In this document: piece by piece, positions 1 through 9,758 of the stretch
How the letters are laid out: every line of letters starts with the position of its first letter
Numbering within the stretch: position 1 is the stretch's first letter
Assembly: GCA_020847545.1 (NCBI GenBank)
Contig: JADLBV010000048.1
Location: 83-64,082 of the forward strand
Length of the DNA: 64,000 nt
From: Phycisphaerales bacterium
Lineage (GTDB): Bacteria > Planctomycetota > Phycisphaerae > Tepidisphaerales > Tepidisphaeraceae
Direction of reading: 5' to 3'
Notes under the pieces: generated by a model
The model's input: the letters and a program-made list of their open reading frames with translations, nothing else
Database searches by the model: none
Told to the model about the DNA's origin: nothing
Made by a program: the position numbers and the translations under genes

Positions 1-1
1 C

Positions 2-100
2 CTCGCCAGCCTCCTGCGCACCGCCGATCAACGCCAACTCGGCGTGTATGATGCCACCAAAAAGCTCGTTTTGGACTACTGGGCCACGAGACGACGGTAA
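2..100 (+). CDS. 3' end of a gene truncated by the window edge (product unknown)
   Basis: Frame is open from the window edge (...LASLLRTADQRQLGVYDATKKLVLDYWATRRR) and ends at TAA 98-100. Too short to classify and not in the ORF track. Confidence 0.3.
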   Translation, partial: LASLLRTADQRQLGVYDATKKLVLDYWATRRR

Positions 101-123
101 ACAGTTACAAATTCCCCTTATCC

Positions 124-846
124 TTATATCGCCGGAGCCGTCTGCGCCCCTTGTCGGGCGAGCGTCAGCAGGCGTGAGGGGAGTTCTTCGCGAGGGATCC
201 ATTCGTGGCCGGCGTTGCTGAGCAGGTAGGCGCCGGCGTTGGGGCCTTTGGTCATTTCAAGGGTGTTGGCGACCAGATAATCGGCGCCGCTGCTGAGCCG
301 GCTGGCCTGGCCGATGCGGATCAGTTCATCCTCGCCGACACTTACTTCCAGCTTGAATTTCACCAGCATCCCCTGGTAGCGCCACGCCGTGCGGAACAGA
401 TCGATCAGTTTTTCGGTCGGCTCACCCAGGACGGCGATGGCGGCATGGTTGCTTTTGACCTTGCCGGCCTGAACATCCTGCACCATCCAGCGTTCGTGCG
501 CCCCGTCGGCCGTATAGGGTTGGCGGGATAGCACCGCGTAGACCCGCACCGGCCGATAGTCGGCCACGGCGGCGGTCATGAAGACCGCATCGTAGGTTTC
601 CATCGCCATCAGCGCGGCCAGCGCCCCGCGAAGCTGGTCGTGGGAATGAAAAAGCGATGCGCGGATGGAGGGTGAATCGGCCAATTCCGTCACATGCTGC
701 TCGTTGCCGCTGAGCAGATCGACCCGCCCCGCCGCCGACAAGGCCCTGGCGATCGCCAGACCCGTATTGCCCGTAAAAATGTTGCCCCAGTCGCGGACCT
801 GGTCGATCATTTCCCGCGTGCTGCCGGCCGTCACCAGAAAGCGCAT
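124..846 (-). CDS. Stand-alone phosphopantothenate--cysteine ligase-like protein (CoaB / DFP C-terminal domain family)
   Basis: 240-aa ORF. LVTAGSTREMIDQVRDWGNIFTGNTG, AAVADYRP and GKVKS resemble the CoaB half of Dfp. No CoaC half is attached. Confidence 0.65.
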   Translation of the reverse strand: MRFLVTAGSTREMIDQVRDWGNIFTGNTGLAIARALSAAGRVDLLSGNEQHVTELADSPSIRASLFHSHDQLRGALAALMAMETYDAVFMTAAVADYRPVRVYAVLSRQPYTADGAHERWMVQDVQAGKVKSNHAAIAVLGEPTEKLIDLFRTAWRYQGMLVKFKLEVSVGEDELIRIGQASRLSSGADYLVANTLEMTKGPNAGAYLLSNAGHEWIPREELPSRLLTLARQGAQTAPAI

Positions 847-987
847 CGCCCCATCTTAACCAAAGCCATCGCTCGTGTCCCCACCGGAGGATGATCTCAA
901 CACCTTTCGATGATTCGCCAACGCGACAAACCACTCGAAATCGGGTAAATCATGCACCTTGGAAATGAGCAATCGAGGATGCAAACC

Positions 988-2724
988 ATGAGCAACGCCC
1001 CTTCCAACCCCGCCCCCACACCGACTCCTGCCCCCGGCGATTTTATTCGCGAAATCGTCGCACAGGACAACACCGATGGAAAATACGCCGGCCGGGTCAT
1101 CACCCGTTTTCCGCCCGAACCCAACGGCTATCTGCACATCGGCCACGCCAAGTCGATCTGCCTGAATTTTGGCCTGGCGTTGGAAAACAACGGCCGCTGC
1201 CACCTGCGATTTGATGACACCAACCCGGCCAAGGAGGATCAGGAATATGTCGATTCGATCATGGCCGATGTCCGCTGGCTGGGGTTTAATTGGGGCAAAC
1301 ACCTGTATTACGCCTCGGATTATTTTCAACAGCTTTACGACTGGGCGGTGCTGCTGACAAAATCCGGCCTGGCCTATGTCTGTGATCTGAGCGCCGATCA
1401 GATCAGCAGGATGCGCGGGTCTTTGACCCAGCCGGGCGCGCCAAGCCCCTATCGTGACCGGCCGGTGGATGAAAACCTCGACCTGCTCAACCGCATGCGA
1501 AATGGCGAATTTTCCGATGGGTCGCGTACGCTGCGGGCGAAAATCGACATGGCCAGCCCCAATCTGAACTTGCGTGATCCGGTGATGTACCGCATCGCCC
1601 ACGCCGAACACCATCGCACCGGCTCCAAATGGTGCATCTACCCGATGTACGATTGGGCACACGGCCAGAGCGATTGGATCGAAGGAGTCACCCATTCGAT
1701 CTGCACGCTGGAATTTGAAAACCATCGGCCATTGTACAACTGGTTTATCGACAACATCGCCAAGCTGGGCGGCGCGCCGCAAAATATTCCCTATCAACCC
1801 AATCAGACGGAATTTGCCCGTCTGAACCTGACCTACACCGTCCTGTCCAAGCGCAAACTGCTGGAACTGGTGAAAGGTGGCCATGTCAGCGGGTGGGATG
1901 ACCCGCGCATGCCGACATTGAGCGGGTTTCGTCGGCGCGGCTATACGCCCGAATCGATCGGCCATTTTGCACGCTCGGTGGGCGTCACCAAATTCGACAG
2001 TGTGATCGACATTTCACGGCTGGAAAACGCCCTGCGGGATGACCTGAACAAACGCGCCCCCCGCCGCATGGGGGTGCTCAATCCGTTGAAGCTGGTGATC
2101 GACAATTATCCCGATGGCCAAAGCGAGGACTTGGACGCGGTCAACAACCCCGAAGACCCCTCGGCCGGCACGCGGAAAATCCCATTTTCCAAGGTGTTGT
2201 ACATCGAACAGGATGATTTCCGTGAAGTGCCTCCTCCTAAATACCATCGACTGACTCCGGGGCAGGAAGTGCGGCTGCGATACGCCTTTTTTGTCCGCTG
2301 CACAAGTGTGTCCAAAGATGAAAATGGTGTAATTACCGAAGTACACTGCACTTATGATCCCGCCACACGCGGCGGAGATTCACCCGATGGACGCAAGGTC
2401 AAAGGGACGATCCATTGGGTGTCGGCCGACCATGCGGCCGAGGCGGAGGTGCGGCTGTATGACCATCTGTTCAAGCAGGAAGATCCCAATGATGTCCCCG
2501 ATGGGCAAAGTTACCTGACCAACTTGAATCCTAATTCGCTGGTTGTGATATCCAACGCGAAACTGGAGCCGAGCCTCAAAGAGGCGGCGAATGGAGAGCG
2601 GTATCAGTTTGAGCGACACGGTTATTTTTGTGTCGATATGCGGGATTCAAAGCCTGGCAAGCCGATCTTCAACCGCACCGTCTCACTGAAAGACACCTGG
2701 TCGAAGTTGGAAAAGAAGAAATAA
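988..2724 (+). CDS. glnS: Glutaminyl-tRNA synthetase
   Basis: Class I aaRS HIGH region ([14 protein letters not shown]), a VLSKRKL KMSKS-type loop, and GlnRS-like sequence throughout. The ORF opens at 952; the ATG at 988 (MSNAPS, GAGGA upstream) is preferred. Confidence 0.93.
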   Translation: MSNAPSNPAPTPTPAPGDFIREIVAQDNTDGKYAGRVITRFPPEPNGYLHIGHAKSICLNFGLALENNGRCHLRFDDTNPAKEDQEYVDSIMADVRWLGFNWGKHLYYASDYFQQLYDWAVLLTKSGLAYVCDLSADQISRMRGSLTQPGAPSPYRDRPVDENLDLLNRMRNGEFSDGSRTLRAKIDMASPNLNLRDPVMYRIAHAEHHRTGSKWCIYPMYDWAHGQSDWIEGVTHSICTLEFENHRPLYNWFIDNIAKLGGAPQNIPYQPNQTEFARLNLTYTVLSKRKLLELVKGGHVSGWDDPRMPTLSGFRRRGYTPESIGHFARSVGVTKFDSVIDISRLENALRDDLNKRAPRRMGVLNPLKLVIDNYPDGQSEDLDAVNNPEDPSAGTRKIPFSKVLYIEQDDFREVPPPKYHRLTPGQEVRLRYAFFVRCTSVSKDENGVITEVHCTYDPATRGGDSPDGRKVKGTIHWVSADHAAEAEVRLYDHLFKQEDPNDVPDGQSYLTNLNPNSLVVISNAKLEPSLKEAANGERYQFERHGYFCVDMRDSKPGKPIFNRTVSLKDTWSKLEKKK

Positions 2725-2729
2725 GCGAA

Positions 2730-4358
2730 TCAACCGAGCAGTTGCAAACATCGCTCGATCCGCCGCAGCGTGCGCTCGCGCCCGAGAAATTCGAGACTTT
2801 CAAAAATCGGCGGACTGACGGTGGTGCCGCTGATGGCGATGCGGATCGGCTGGGCGACTTTTCCCAAGCCCAGTTGTTTTTGCTCGCACCATAATTTGAC
2901 CATCGATTCCAGTGACGCCGCCGACCAATCGGCCACCCCTTGCAATATCGGAATCATCTCGCGCAAACTCGCCAGTCCATCCTGCTTTCGCAAAACTTTT
3001 TCCACGGCGGCCGGGTCGAATTGAATCTGATCATCGGCAACAAAAAAGAATCCGGTCAGGTCGTCGATTTCCCGGAGGGTGTGAATCCCCTTTTTCATCT
3101 CAAAGAGCCGACCAAGCTGCTGATCAGTTGCCCCATTGAGCGGGGAATCGGGATTCACCGACAGATAATCGCGCATCCCCTTCACCAGCCGGTCAACCGG
3201 AACGGCCGCGCACGCTTCGGTGTTGAACGCCAGCAGTTTGTCGCGATCAAACTTGGAATTGGATTTGCCGATCCCGCCGATGGAAAACAAATCCACCATT
3301 TGAGCGATGTCGAGGCGTTCCTTGTCGCCGCCGGGGGACCACCCCAGCAGGGCCAGGAAATTCAGCAGCGTCTGCGGCAGATATCCGTTGCTGCGAAAAT
3401 CGTGCACCAGAATTTCCGGTAAATCAGACTCCCGAAGGCCGATCACCTTCATCACGGCCGATTGCTCGGCCAAATCCAACTGTTTTTGCGCATCGCCGAT
3501 CCATTGGCGAAGACGATCTTCCGACAATTGCGATTCACCCGCCAGCTTGGCCATCTCCTGTTGATGGTTTTTGAGCCAGATGTTCGCGTGGTGGCGGATT
3601 TTCTTGTCCCGATCGCGCTTGCCCATCTTCGATCCATCGGGATTGAGGATGATCGGCAGATGGCCGTAGGTTGGCCGGGGATATCCCAGCGCCTCCTGGA
3701 TCGCGATATGGTTGACCGTGTTCAGCAGATGTTCCTGGCCGCGCAGGATGTGGGTAACACCCATCTGGGCATCATCCACCACCACCGCGAAATGATACGT
3801 CGGCATCCCATCGGCCTTGCGAATGACAAAATCCTGCACCTGATCCGGCTGGATGGTGATTGGCTTGTCCAGCACCACATCGTGAAATTGATACTCCTTC
3901 GCCTGTGTCGCAAAGCGCACCACATGCGGCCGCCCCTCGGCCTCATATTGGCGAAGTTGCTCGTCCGTCAATCGAGGGCGCTGATAGACAAAGTTTCGCT
4001 TTTCACGCTCGGCCGCCTTGCGCAGGGCATCCAGTTCACCGGCCGATTCATACGCCTTGTACGCCTGCCCCCGTTCGATCAACTGCGCGATGAGCTGGTT
4101 ATAAACATCCGTGCGCTTCGATTGATAGACAAGCTCGGCATTGTCCCAGTGCAATCCCAGCCAGCGAAGATCATCCAACAACTGATGCACCGCCTGCTCG
4201 GTACTGCGGTTCAGGTCGGTGTCCTCGATCCGCAATAAAAACCGCCCACCCGAATGCCTCGCCAGAAGCCAGTTGAACAGCGCCGTCCGCGCCCCCCCCA
4301 CATGCAGATATCCCGTCGGTGAGGGGGCAAACCGCGTCACCACTTGATCAGCCGACAT
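2730..4358 (-). CDS. gltX: Glutamyl-tRNA synthetase (with an extra insertion after the KMSKS loop)
   Basis: APSPTGYLHVGGARTALFNW, LLRIEDTD, KMGKR and LLNFLALLGWS motifs. Convergent with glnS with a 5-nt gap. Confidence 0.93.
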   Translation of the reverse strand: MSADQVVTRFAPSPTGYLHVGGARTALFNWLLARHSGGRFLLRIEDTDLNRSTEQAVHQLLDDLRWLGLHWDNAELVYQSKRTDVYNQLIAQLIERGQAYKAYESAGELDALRKAAEREKRNFVYQRPRLTDEQLRQYEAEGRPHVVRFATQAKEYQFHDVVLDKPITIQPDQVQDFVIRKADGMPTYHFAVVVDDAQMGVTHILRGQEHLLNTVNHIAIQEALGYPRPTYGHLPIILNPDGSKMGKRDRDKKIRHHANIWLKNHQQEMAKLAGESQLSEDRLRQWIGDAQKQLDLAEQSAVMKVIGLRESDLPEILVHDFRSNGYLPQTLLNFLALLGWSPGGDKERLDIAQMVDLFSIGGIGKSNSKFDRDKLLAFNTEACAAVPVDRLVKGMRDYLSVNPDSPLNGATDQQLGRLFEMKKGIHTLREIDDLTGFFFVADDQIQFDPAAVEKVLRKQDGLASLREMIPILQGVADWSAASLESMVKLWCEQKQLGLGKVAQPIRIAISGTTVSPPIFESLEFLGRERTLRRIERCLQLLG

Positions 4359-5244
4359 GGGGTTCCCCTCTCACGCGCATTCTCGCATACGCCCAGAGCG
4401 CCGGCCCCCACGCCACATAGATCAACATACTGATCCCCAATGTATATTGATGCCAGACGACCAGCAGCAGCAATAGGACCAGCACCAGCACCAGTCTGCC
4501 GATGGATCGCCTGCCGCGCATGTAGCGGTTGACCAGATGTGGATAGCGGATGTTGCTCACCATCAACAAGCCGGCCGCCAGCACCAGCGCCGGCAGCATC
4601 CAGACACACGCACCCGACAACCACTCCAGCCCGTTGTGCATCAAATCCTGCTGCATCAGCACAAACGCCGCCACCACACCCCCCGCGCCGGGGCTGGGCA
4701 GACCCAGAAACGAAAAGTGATGCTGCTCACCATGTTCATTGGAGACATTGAACCGGGCCAGCCGCATCGCCGCGCAGCTGACATACAACGCCCCGATCGC
4801 CCAGATCAACCGGGAGATGGGTGTCACCAATTCCAGGTGATGGGTCTTAAAGACCTGCAGGGCCAAAAACGCCGGCGCCGCCCCGAACGACAACACATCC
4901 GCCAGGCTGTCGAGCTGGCCGCCAAAATCGGTGGTATGGCGGGTGAATCGAGCCAGCCGGCCATCGAGCGCATCGAAGACCATCGCCAGAAAGATCAGGT
5001 AGGCCGCCACCGAATAGGCATGTTGGGAAAAGAGATTGGTCAATCGGTCCGGCCCGCGCACGCCGCTCTCCAACGCGGCGACATACATCGCCCCAAACCC
5101 GCAGATGGCGTTCCCCAGCGTCGCCAGACTCGGCAGAAAATAGACCGAGCGGATATAGGCCCGCCGGCCGCGACGAATCATCCGCCGACGGCGATGTTCG
5201 CGCAGTTGCTCCTCTGAAAAATCGGCCAACTCATCCAGACTCAT
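4348..5244 (-). CDS. pssA: CDP-diacylglycerol--serine O-phosphatidyltransferase
   Basis: CDP-alcohol phosphatidyltransferase motif DG-x2-AR-x8-G-x3-D-x3-D (DALDGRLARFTRHTTDFGGQLDSLAD). Multiple hydrophobic helices. Confidence 0.88.
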   Translation of the reverse strand: MSLDELADFSEEQLREHRRRRMIRRGRRAYIRSVYFLPSLATLGNAICGFGAMYVAALESGVRGPDRLTNLFSQHAYSVAAYLIFLAMVFDALDGRLARFTRHTTDFGGQLDSLADVLSFGAAPAFLALQVFKTHHLELVTPISRLIWAIGALYVSCAAMRLARFNVSNEHGEQHHFSFLGLPSPGAGGVVAAFVLMQQDLMHNGLEWLSGACVWMLPALVLAAGLLMVSNIRYPHLVNRYMRGRRSIGRLVLVLVLLLLLVVWHQYTLGISMLIYVAWGPALWAYARMRVRGEPHVG

Positions 5245-6014
5245 GCGGGAGACTCCCGCCCCACCAATGGTTCATATTCCTTGTCATCCGCGGGGGGGTG
5301 TTGCGCCGAAATCGCCTGGCCGAGCATCGCGATGATGGTGGAGGCGCCCTTCACCTTCTCCCCGATCGCCACGCGCACCTCCGGCCGCAGCCACTTGGGA
5401 ATCGTCAATTCCGTCCGCGAGCCGAATTTGATCATGCCGATCCGCTCCCCCCGCCCCACCTCATCCCCCGCCTCCACCGTGCAGATGATGCGCCGGGCGA
5501 TCAACCCCACGATCTGTTTGACCACCGCCACCGGACGGGCCGAATGCGGCTCGGTCAAGACAATGGTGTTCGACTCATTCTCATCCGATGCCGCGCCATG
5601 GTTCATCGCGTTGATGAACTTCCCCTTTTTATACATCACCGACAAGACCCTCCCCACGCAGGGGCTGCGGTTGATGTGAACATTGAAGACCGACAGAAAT
5701 ATCCCCACCCGAACGGCCGGCCCACCCAACAATGGATCATGCTCGATCTCGGTGATGTCCGACACCTTCCCATCGGCCGGGCTGACCATCACATGCTGAT
5801 CGGCCGGCGGGATCTTTCGTTGCGGATCGCGAAAGAAGGCAAAGAGCCAGATCAGCACCGGCACACAGACCAGCGAAAAGACCCATGAGAGGCTGTACCC
5901 CAGCACCAGACCGGTGGCCACCAGCACCACCGACCCGATCAACATCTCCCGCCACCCATGTCGAGTCAATCGAACCATTGTAGCAAAACTAGGCGTTTTT
6001 CCGAAGATTGTCAA
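5241..6014 (-). CDS. psd: Phosphatidylserine decarboxylase proenzyme (short form)
   Basis: VSPADGKV, FNVHINRSP and the G-S self-cleavage site in IKFGSRTE. ATGA overlap with pssA. Confidence 0.88.
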   Translation of the reverse strand: MTIFGKTPSFATMVRLTRHGWREMLIGSVVLVATGLVLGYSLSWVFSLVCVPVLIWLFAFFRDPQRKIPPADQHVMVSPADGKVSDITEIEHDPLLGGPAVRVGIFLSVFNVHINRSPCVGRVLSVMYKKGKFINAMNHGAASDENESNTIVLTEPHSARPVAVVKQIVGLIARRIICTVEAGDEVGRGERIGMIKFGSRTELTIPKWLRPEVRVAIGEKVKGASTIIAMLGQAISAQHPPADDKEYEPLVGRESPA

Positions 6015-6029
6015 CGAAACCCCGGCCCC

Positions 6030-6464
6030 TCAGCGGCGGGCATGCTCCACCTTCAGACATCGATCCTCCACATAATCCATCCCCGCCTCTTGAGCCAGCT
6101 TTTTGGCCTGCGGACTGCGAACACCACTTTGCAACCACACCCCCCCGGCCCCCACCGCGATCGCCTCCTTGACCACCTCCGGACAAAACTCCGCCCGCCG
6201 AAAGACATCCACCACATCGATCTTCCCTGGAACCTCGCGCAATGAGGCATAACATTTTCGCCCCAGCACCCGTTCACACTTGGGATTCACCGGAATAATC
6301 TCCAACCCGATGGAGGCCAGATATTGTGCCACCTCATAACTGGGCCGGGTGGGATCATCACTCAACCCCACCACCGCGATCCGTCTTCCCGCCAGCATCC
6401 GCTCCATGGGCGCCTTCTCCTCCGGACTCGGCGGCGTCGGCAATGGACAGGCTTGTTCATTCAT
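6030..6464 (-). CDS. CoA-binding domain protein (YccU/YneT-like)
   Basis: RRIAVVGLSDDPTRPSYEVAQYL ... IPVNP ... VDVFR pattern of the small CoA-binding Rossmann proteins. Confidence 0.8.
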   Translation of the reverse strand: MNEQACPLPTPPSPEEKAPMERMLAGRRIAVVGLSDDPTRPSYEVAQYLASIGLEIIPVNPKCERVLGRKCYASLREVPGKIDVVDVFRRAEFCPEVVKEAIAVGAGGVWLQSGVRSPQAKKLAQEAGMDYVEDRCLKVEHARR

Positions 6465-6634
6465 GATGGATCTCCTTTGAACCCAGCCGGATGATGATAT
6501 CGCGCCGACCCACCGACCGACACCGGAATGGCACCCGTTCGTATTCGGGAGGATGCCAGGGGAGTGATGGGGCGGAGAGGGGATGAGTTTTGATTTTTGT
6601 TGAATTCAATTTAGATGCGCAACACCGGGGATGC

Positions 6635-6744
6635 GAGACGCGGACGCAGCGAGTGCCTATATCGCCCTTCCCGCTTCGTCTTGTCATGGCATGATTTTCT
6701 AACACCACGCTTCGATCCCATGAACTGCGTCCTCGTTCAATTCT
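6635..6744 (+). repeat. Dispersed ~110-nt intergenic repeat, copy A (partner at 46624-46734)
   Basis: Hand alignment to 46624-46734, same orientation. About 62 of the first 76 positions are identical (GAGACG.GGACGCAG..AGTGCCTA.ATCGCC.TTC.CGCTTCGTC.....ATGGCATG....TCTAACAC.ACGC). Weaker similarity continues for another ~35 nt. Confidence 0.6.
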
Positions 6745-6846
6745 GTTGATCACATAAAGGCCATGAGCTGTGGAATGTAAACGATTGCTCCCCTCCACTG
6801 GTAAAGAAAATCATAAATTGGCGCATATTGCGTTCATCCGTCCGGG

Positions 6847-7461
6847 GTGGAAAATGGGAGGATGAGAATCATCGGCGGTGAATTCGGGGGTCGGCAATTG
6901 TTGCCGCCGCAGGGGGAGACGACCCGGCCGATCACCGACCGTGTAAAGCAGTCCCTTTTTGACATCGTGGCCCCGCATTTGGAAAACGCGGTGGTGTATG
7001 ATCTGTTTGCCGGCACGGGGAGCATGGGGTTGGAATCGCTCAGCCGGGGGGCGAAACAGGCGATTTTTTTTGAGGCGGACCGCTCGGCGCTGGCCCGGCT
7101 CAATCAGAACATCATGGCGCTGCGGGTGGCGGATCGGTCGAGGATCATTCCCGGCGATCTGTTCAAGTGGTTTCATCGGGCGACACAAAAGCCGGCCGAG
7201 GCAAGCGTTGATCAGACGGTGCAAAGCCGGGGGGCCGGGCCGGCGGATATTATCTTTCTCGATCCCCCCTACCGCTTCTTGACCGATCGGCCGGATGAAT
7301 TGCTGCAATTGTCGCTGCATCTGGCCCATGCGCACCTTCACACTGAATCGTTGGTGGTCTTTCGACATGATGCGAAGGACCAACTGGAATTGCCGAACCT
7401 TCAGCGGGTGGATCAGCGGGAATATGGGGGAATGACACTGGAATTTTTGCGCCGTTCGTGA
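6847..7461 (+). CDS. rsmD: 16S rRNA (guanine966-N2)-methyltransferase
   Basis: RIIGGEFGGRQL, TRPITDRVKQSLFD, DLFAGTGSMGLESLSRGA and FLDPPY. Start is ambiguous: GTG 6847 or ATG 6862. Confidence 0.88.
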   Translation: MENGRMRIIGGEFGGRQLLPPQGETTRPITDRVKQSLFDIVAPHLENAVVYDLFAGTGSMGLESLSRGAKQAIFFEADRSALARLNQNIMALRVADRSRIIPGDLFKWFHRATQKPAEASVDQTVQSRGAGPADIIFLDPPYRFLTDRPDELLQLSLHLAHAHLHTESLVVFRHDAKDQLELPNLQRVDQREYGGMTLEFLRRS

Positions 7462-8807
7462 ATTGGCCGGCTTTGGCGATTATCCTGTTGTCCATGGACA
7501 AATCCATAACCCCAACCAAACCCCGCTCATCGCGGCAAGATGCGATGGATGTGTTGTCGCAGCTTAGAAAAGGAGGATTTATCGCCTATTTCGCCGGCGG
7601 ATGCGTGCGCGACCAGCTTTTGGGGCTACAACCCAAGGATTTTGATATCGCCACAAATGCGACACCGAAGCAGGTTCAGGAGCAATTTTCCAATACCCAG
7701 GCCGTGGGGGCGGCATTTGGGGTGATTCTGGTCCGCCGGCGGCAAAGCGTCATCGAGGTGGCCACGTTTCGCAGCGATGCGAGTTATCAGGATGGACGCC
7801 ACCCTTCGGCTGTCCATTTTTCCACACCACAGGAGGATGCCCAGCGGCGCGATTTCACGATCAACGGACTGTTTTTCGATCCACTGGAAGATCGAGTGAT
7901 CGATTTTGTGGGGGGACAGGCCGACCTGTCCAACCATCTGTTGCGGGCGATTGGAGAGGCTGATGAGCGGTTTGCCGAGGATCATTTAAGATTGTTGCGG
8001 GCGATGCGATTTGCATCGCGGTTTAATCTGACCATTGAGCCGAAGACGGCCGAGGCGATTGTCCGGCACGCCAAGTCATTGATCCGAATCAGCCCGGAAC
8101 GCATCGCCGAGGAGCTGCGAATGATGCTCACCCCCCCCACCCGCGCGGGGGCGTGGCCGAGGTTGTGGGAGTTTGGGTTGTTGGAGCCGATCTTCCGATT
8201 CGGCCCGCCACCGACGGCTCAAAATCGAAAATTTAATCCGGCCCGCTCGATCTTTTTGGCCGTCTCACCTGATGATGTCATTGATTTTCCCCTCGCGCTG
8301 GCGGCGGGGAGCTTGTGTTATCAGTCGCATGAATCACCTGCGAATGCCGATTTTCAGATGTTGTTGAGTGACCCATTTGCGCGCAAGCTGGTGCGTGCCG
8401 TCCGGCAGTCACTCAAAATCAGCAATGAGGAGACGGATCGGATGGAGGTGATTTTGCGCGGGGTTGGGGGATTGCTTCAGGATGCGATGCCAAGCGTGGC
8501 GCAACTGAAACGGTTTTATGCCCATCCAACCGCGCCGGATGCGATTCGCCTGTTATTGGCGTTGCAACAAATGGGCGTGCGTGCGGACCGGATTGGATGG
8601 CTGCGGGAACGATTTTCGGAGTTGGAGAGTGTGGATTGCGCCCCGATTCCACTGATCAGCGGCGAGGACTTGCTGGCCGCCGGTCTGTCGGCCGGTCCGC
8701 AATTCAAGCGTATTCTCTACGAGGTGTACGATGCCCAACTGGAAGGCCGCGTACAGGATAAATCAGAGGCGATGGGATTGGCCTTGAAACTGGCCGGCGG
8801 ACATTAA
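7458..8807 (+). CDS. cca: CCA-adding enzyme / tRNA nucleotidyltransferase (poly(A) polymerase family)
   Basis: GGCVRDQLLG-x3-KDFDIAT nucleotidyltransferase head and RDFTINGLF. The GTG at 7458 overlaps the rsmD stop; an alternative ATG lies at 7494. Confidence 0.85.
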   Translation: MNWPALAIILLSMDKSITPTKPRSSRQDAMDVLSQLRKGGFIAYFAGGCVRDQLLGLQPKDFDIATNATPKQVQEQFSNTQAVGAAFGVILVRRRQSVIEVATFRSDASYQDGRHPSAVHFSTPQEDAQRRDFTINGLFFDPLEDRVIDFVGGQADLSNHLLRAIGEADERFAEDHLRLLRAMRFASRFNLTIEPKTAEAIVRHAKSLIRISPERIAEELRMMLTPPTRAGAWPRLWEFGLLEPIFRFGPPPTAQNRKFNPARSIFLAVSPDDVIDFPLALAAGSLCYQSHESPANADFQMLLSDPFARKLVRAVRQSLKISNEETDRMEVILRGVGGLLQDAMPSVAQLKRFYAHPTAPDAIRLLLALQQMGVRADRIGWLRERFSELESVDCAPIPLISGEDLLAAGLSAGPQFKRILYEVYDAQLEGRVQDKSEAMGLALKLAGGH

Positions 8808-8826
8808 CGCAAGGTGAATCGATCAT

Positions 8827-9165
8827 TCATTGGCCCAGTGAACGAATGATCGATTTCACATCGCCCACCTGCGTGATTTTCAGGCCGAAATTTTCCCCCA
8901 CCTTGACCGCTTCGCCGCACCCGATGGGTTTGTTGTTGATGAGCAATTCCAGCGGGTCTTCGTTGCTTTTGAAAAATTCGATGATGGCCCCGGTCCCCAG
9001 CCGCATCACCTCCGACATCGCAAGCCGACGCTCGGCCAGCTTGACGATCACCGGAACCTCCAGCCGCAAAATGCGCTGCAACTCCGGTGTGCCGGGTGTG
9101 TCGGTCCGCCTGGATTGTGAACGCACAACCGCCAAGTGTATACCAGCTCCGTTCGGCGGTTGCAT
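8827..9165 (-). CDS. fliN: FliN-like flagellar motor switch / SpoA-domain protein
   Basis: C-terminal SpoA domain LEVPVIVKLAERRLAMSEVMRLGTGAIIEF...PLELLINNKPIGCGEAVKVGENFGLKITQV. ATG at 9165 chosen inside the longer ORF. Confidence 0.7.
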   Translation of the reverse strand: MQPPNGAGIHLAVVRSQSRRTDTPGTPELQRILRLEVPVIVKLAERRLAMSEVMRLGTGAIIEFFKSNEDPLELLINNKPIGCGEAVKVGENFGLKITQVGDVKSIIRSLGQ

Positions 9166-9258
9166 GGCGCGGAGGAGTGTCCCCTCCGCGCCATTCAACC
9201 AACCTTCTGGCGCCTCCGGCGCCCGCATTGCGGCATCGCGATCAATCGATGCGTAAGA

Positions 9259-9645
9259 TCAGGGGATGACCAGCGTCTGGCCCACCTTCAAACTGGAGGC
9301 GGTGACGCCGGGGTTGGCGGCGGCAATCTTCTTCCATTGCTTGCCATCGCCATATTTTTGCCGGGCGATGCCATAGAGGGTATCACCCTTCTTGACGGTG
9401 TAGCTTCCGCCCGTGCTGGCCACGGGGGCGGGAGCGATTGGATCGGGGGTGATGGTTTGAACCGGCGCCGGCGAGACAGGGGGCGGCGTATAAGCCACCG
9501 GCGACGCGGACACATCGGTTACGGCGCTGTTGGGTTGCAGGTCGGTGCCCGCCGTTGCCGGCTTGTCCTTATTGGCGCATCCCACGCCCACCAGCAACAT
9601 CAACGCCACGCTTGGTACGAAAACTTTCACGATGACTCCCTTCAT
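9259..9645 (-). CDS. LysM peptidoglycan-binding (lipo)protein
   Basis: Signal/lipobox-like N-terminus (MLLVGVGC), Pro-rich linker, and C-terminal LysM (YTVKKGDTLYGIARQKYGDGKQWKKIAAANP). A GTG at 9630 behind AAGGGAG is an alternative start. Confidence 0.8.
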   Translation of the reverse strand: MKGVIVKVFVPSVALMLLVGVGCANKDKPATAGTDLQPNSAVTDVSASPVAYTPPPVSPAPVQTITPDPIAPAPVASTGGSYTVKKGDTLYGIARQKYGDGKQWKKIAAANPGVTASSLKVGQTLVIP

Positions 9646-9758
9646 GTAAATACGGCCCGCGCGTTCCACCGCGGGCATGGTTCCATGCCGTATTATCGGA
9701 CTGATAATATCCAGACCTTCAAAAAAAAATCAAATGATTTATAACCGGCGGAAAATAA

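Noticed and set aside
856-1965. 369-aa ORF antisense to glnS
   Set aside because: It overlaps a confidently identified GlnRS gene and has no recognisable motifs. The same shadow-ORF explanation applies.
6687-6703. Sigma54-like TGGCATG-N4-TCTAAC present in both repeat copies
   Set aside because: The -24 GG is present, but the -12 element lacks the conserved GC (TCTA instead of TTGC). Not a credible RpoN promoter.
6457-6798. 113-aa minus-strand ORF filling the gap between the CoA-binding gene and rsmD
   Set aside because: Poor coding character, no motifs, and it is largely made of repeat copy A read backwards. Treated as non-coding.
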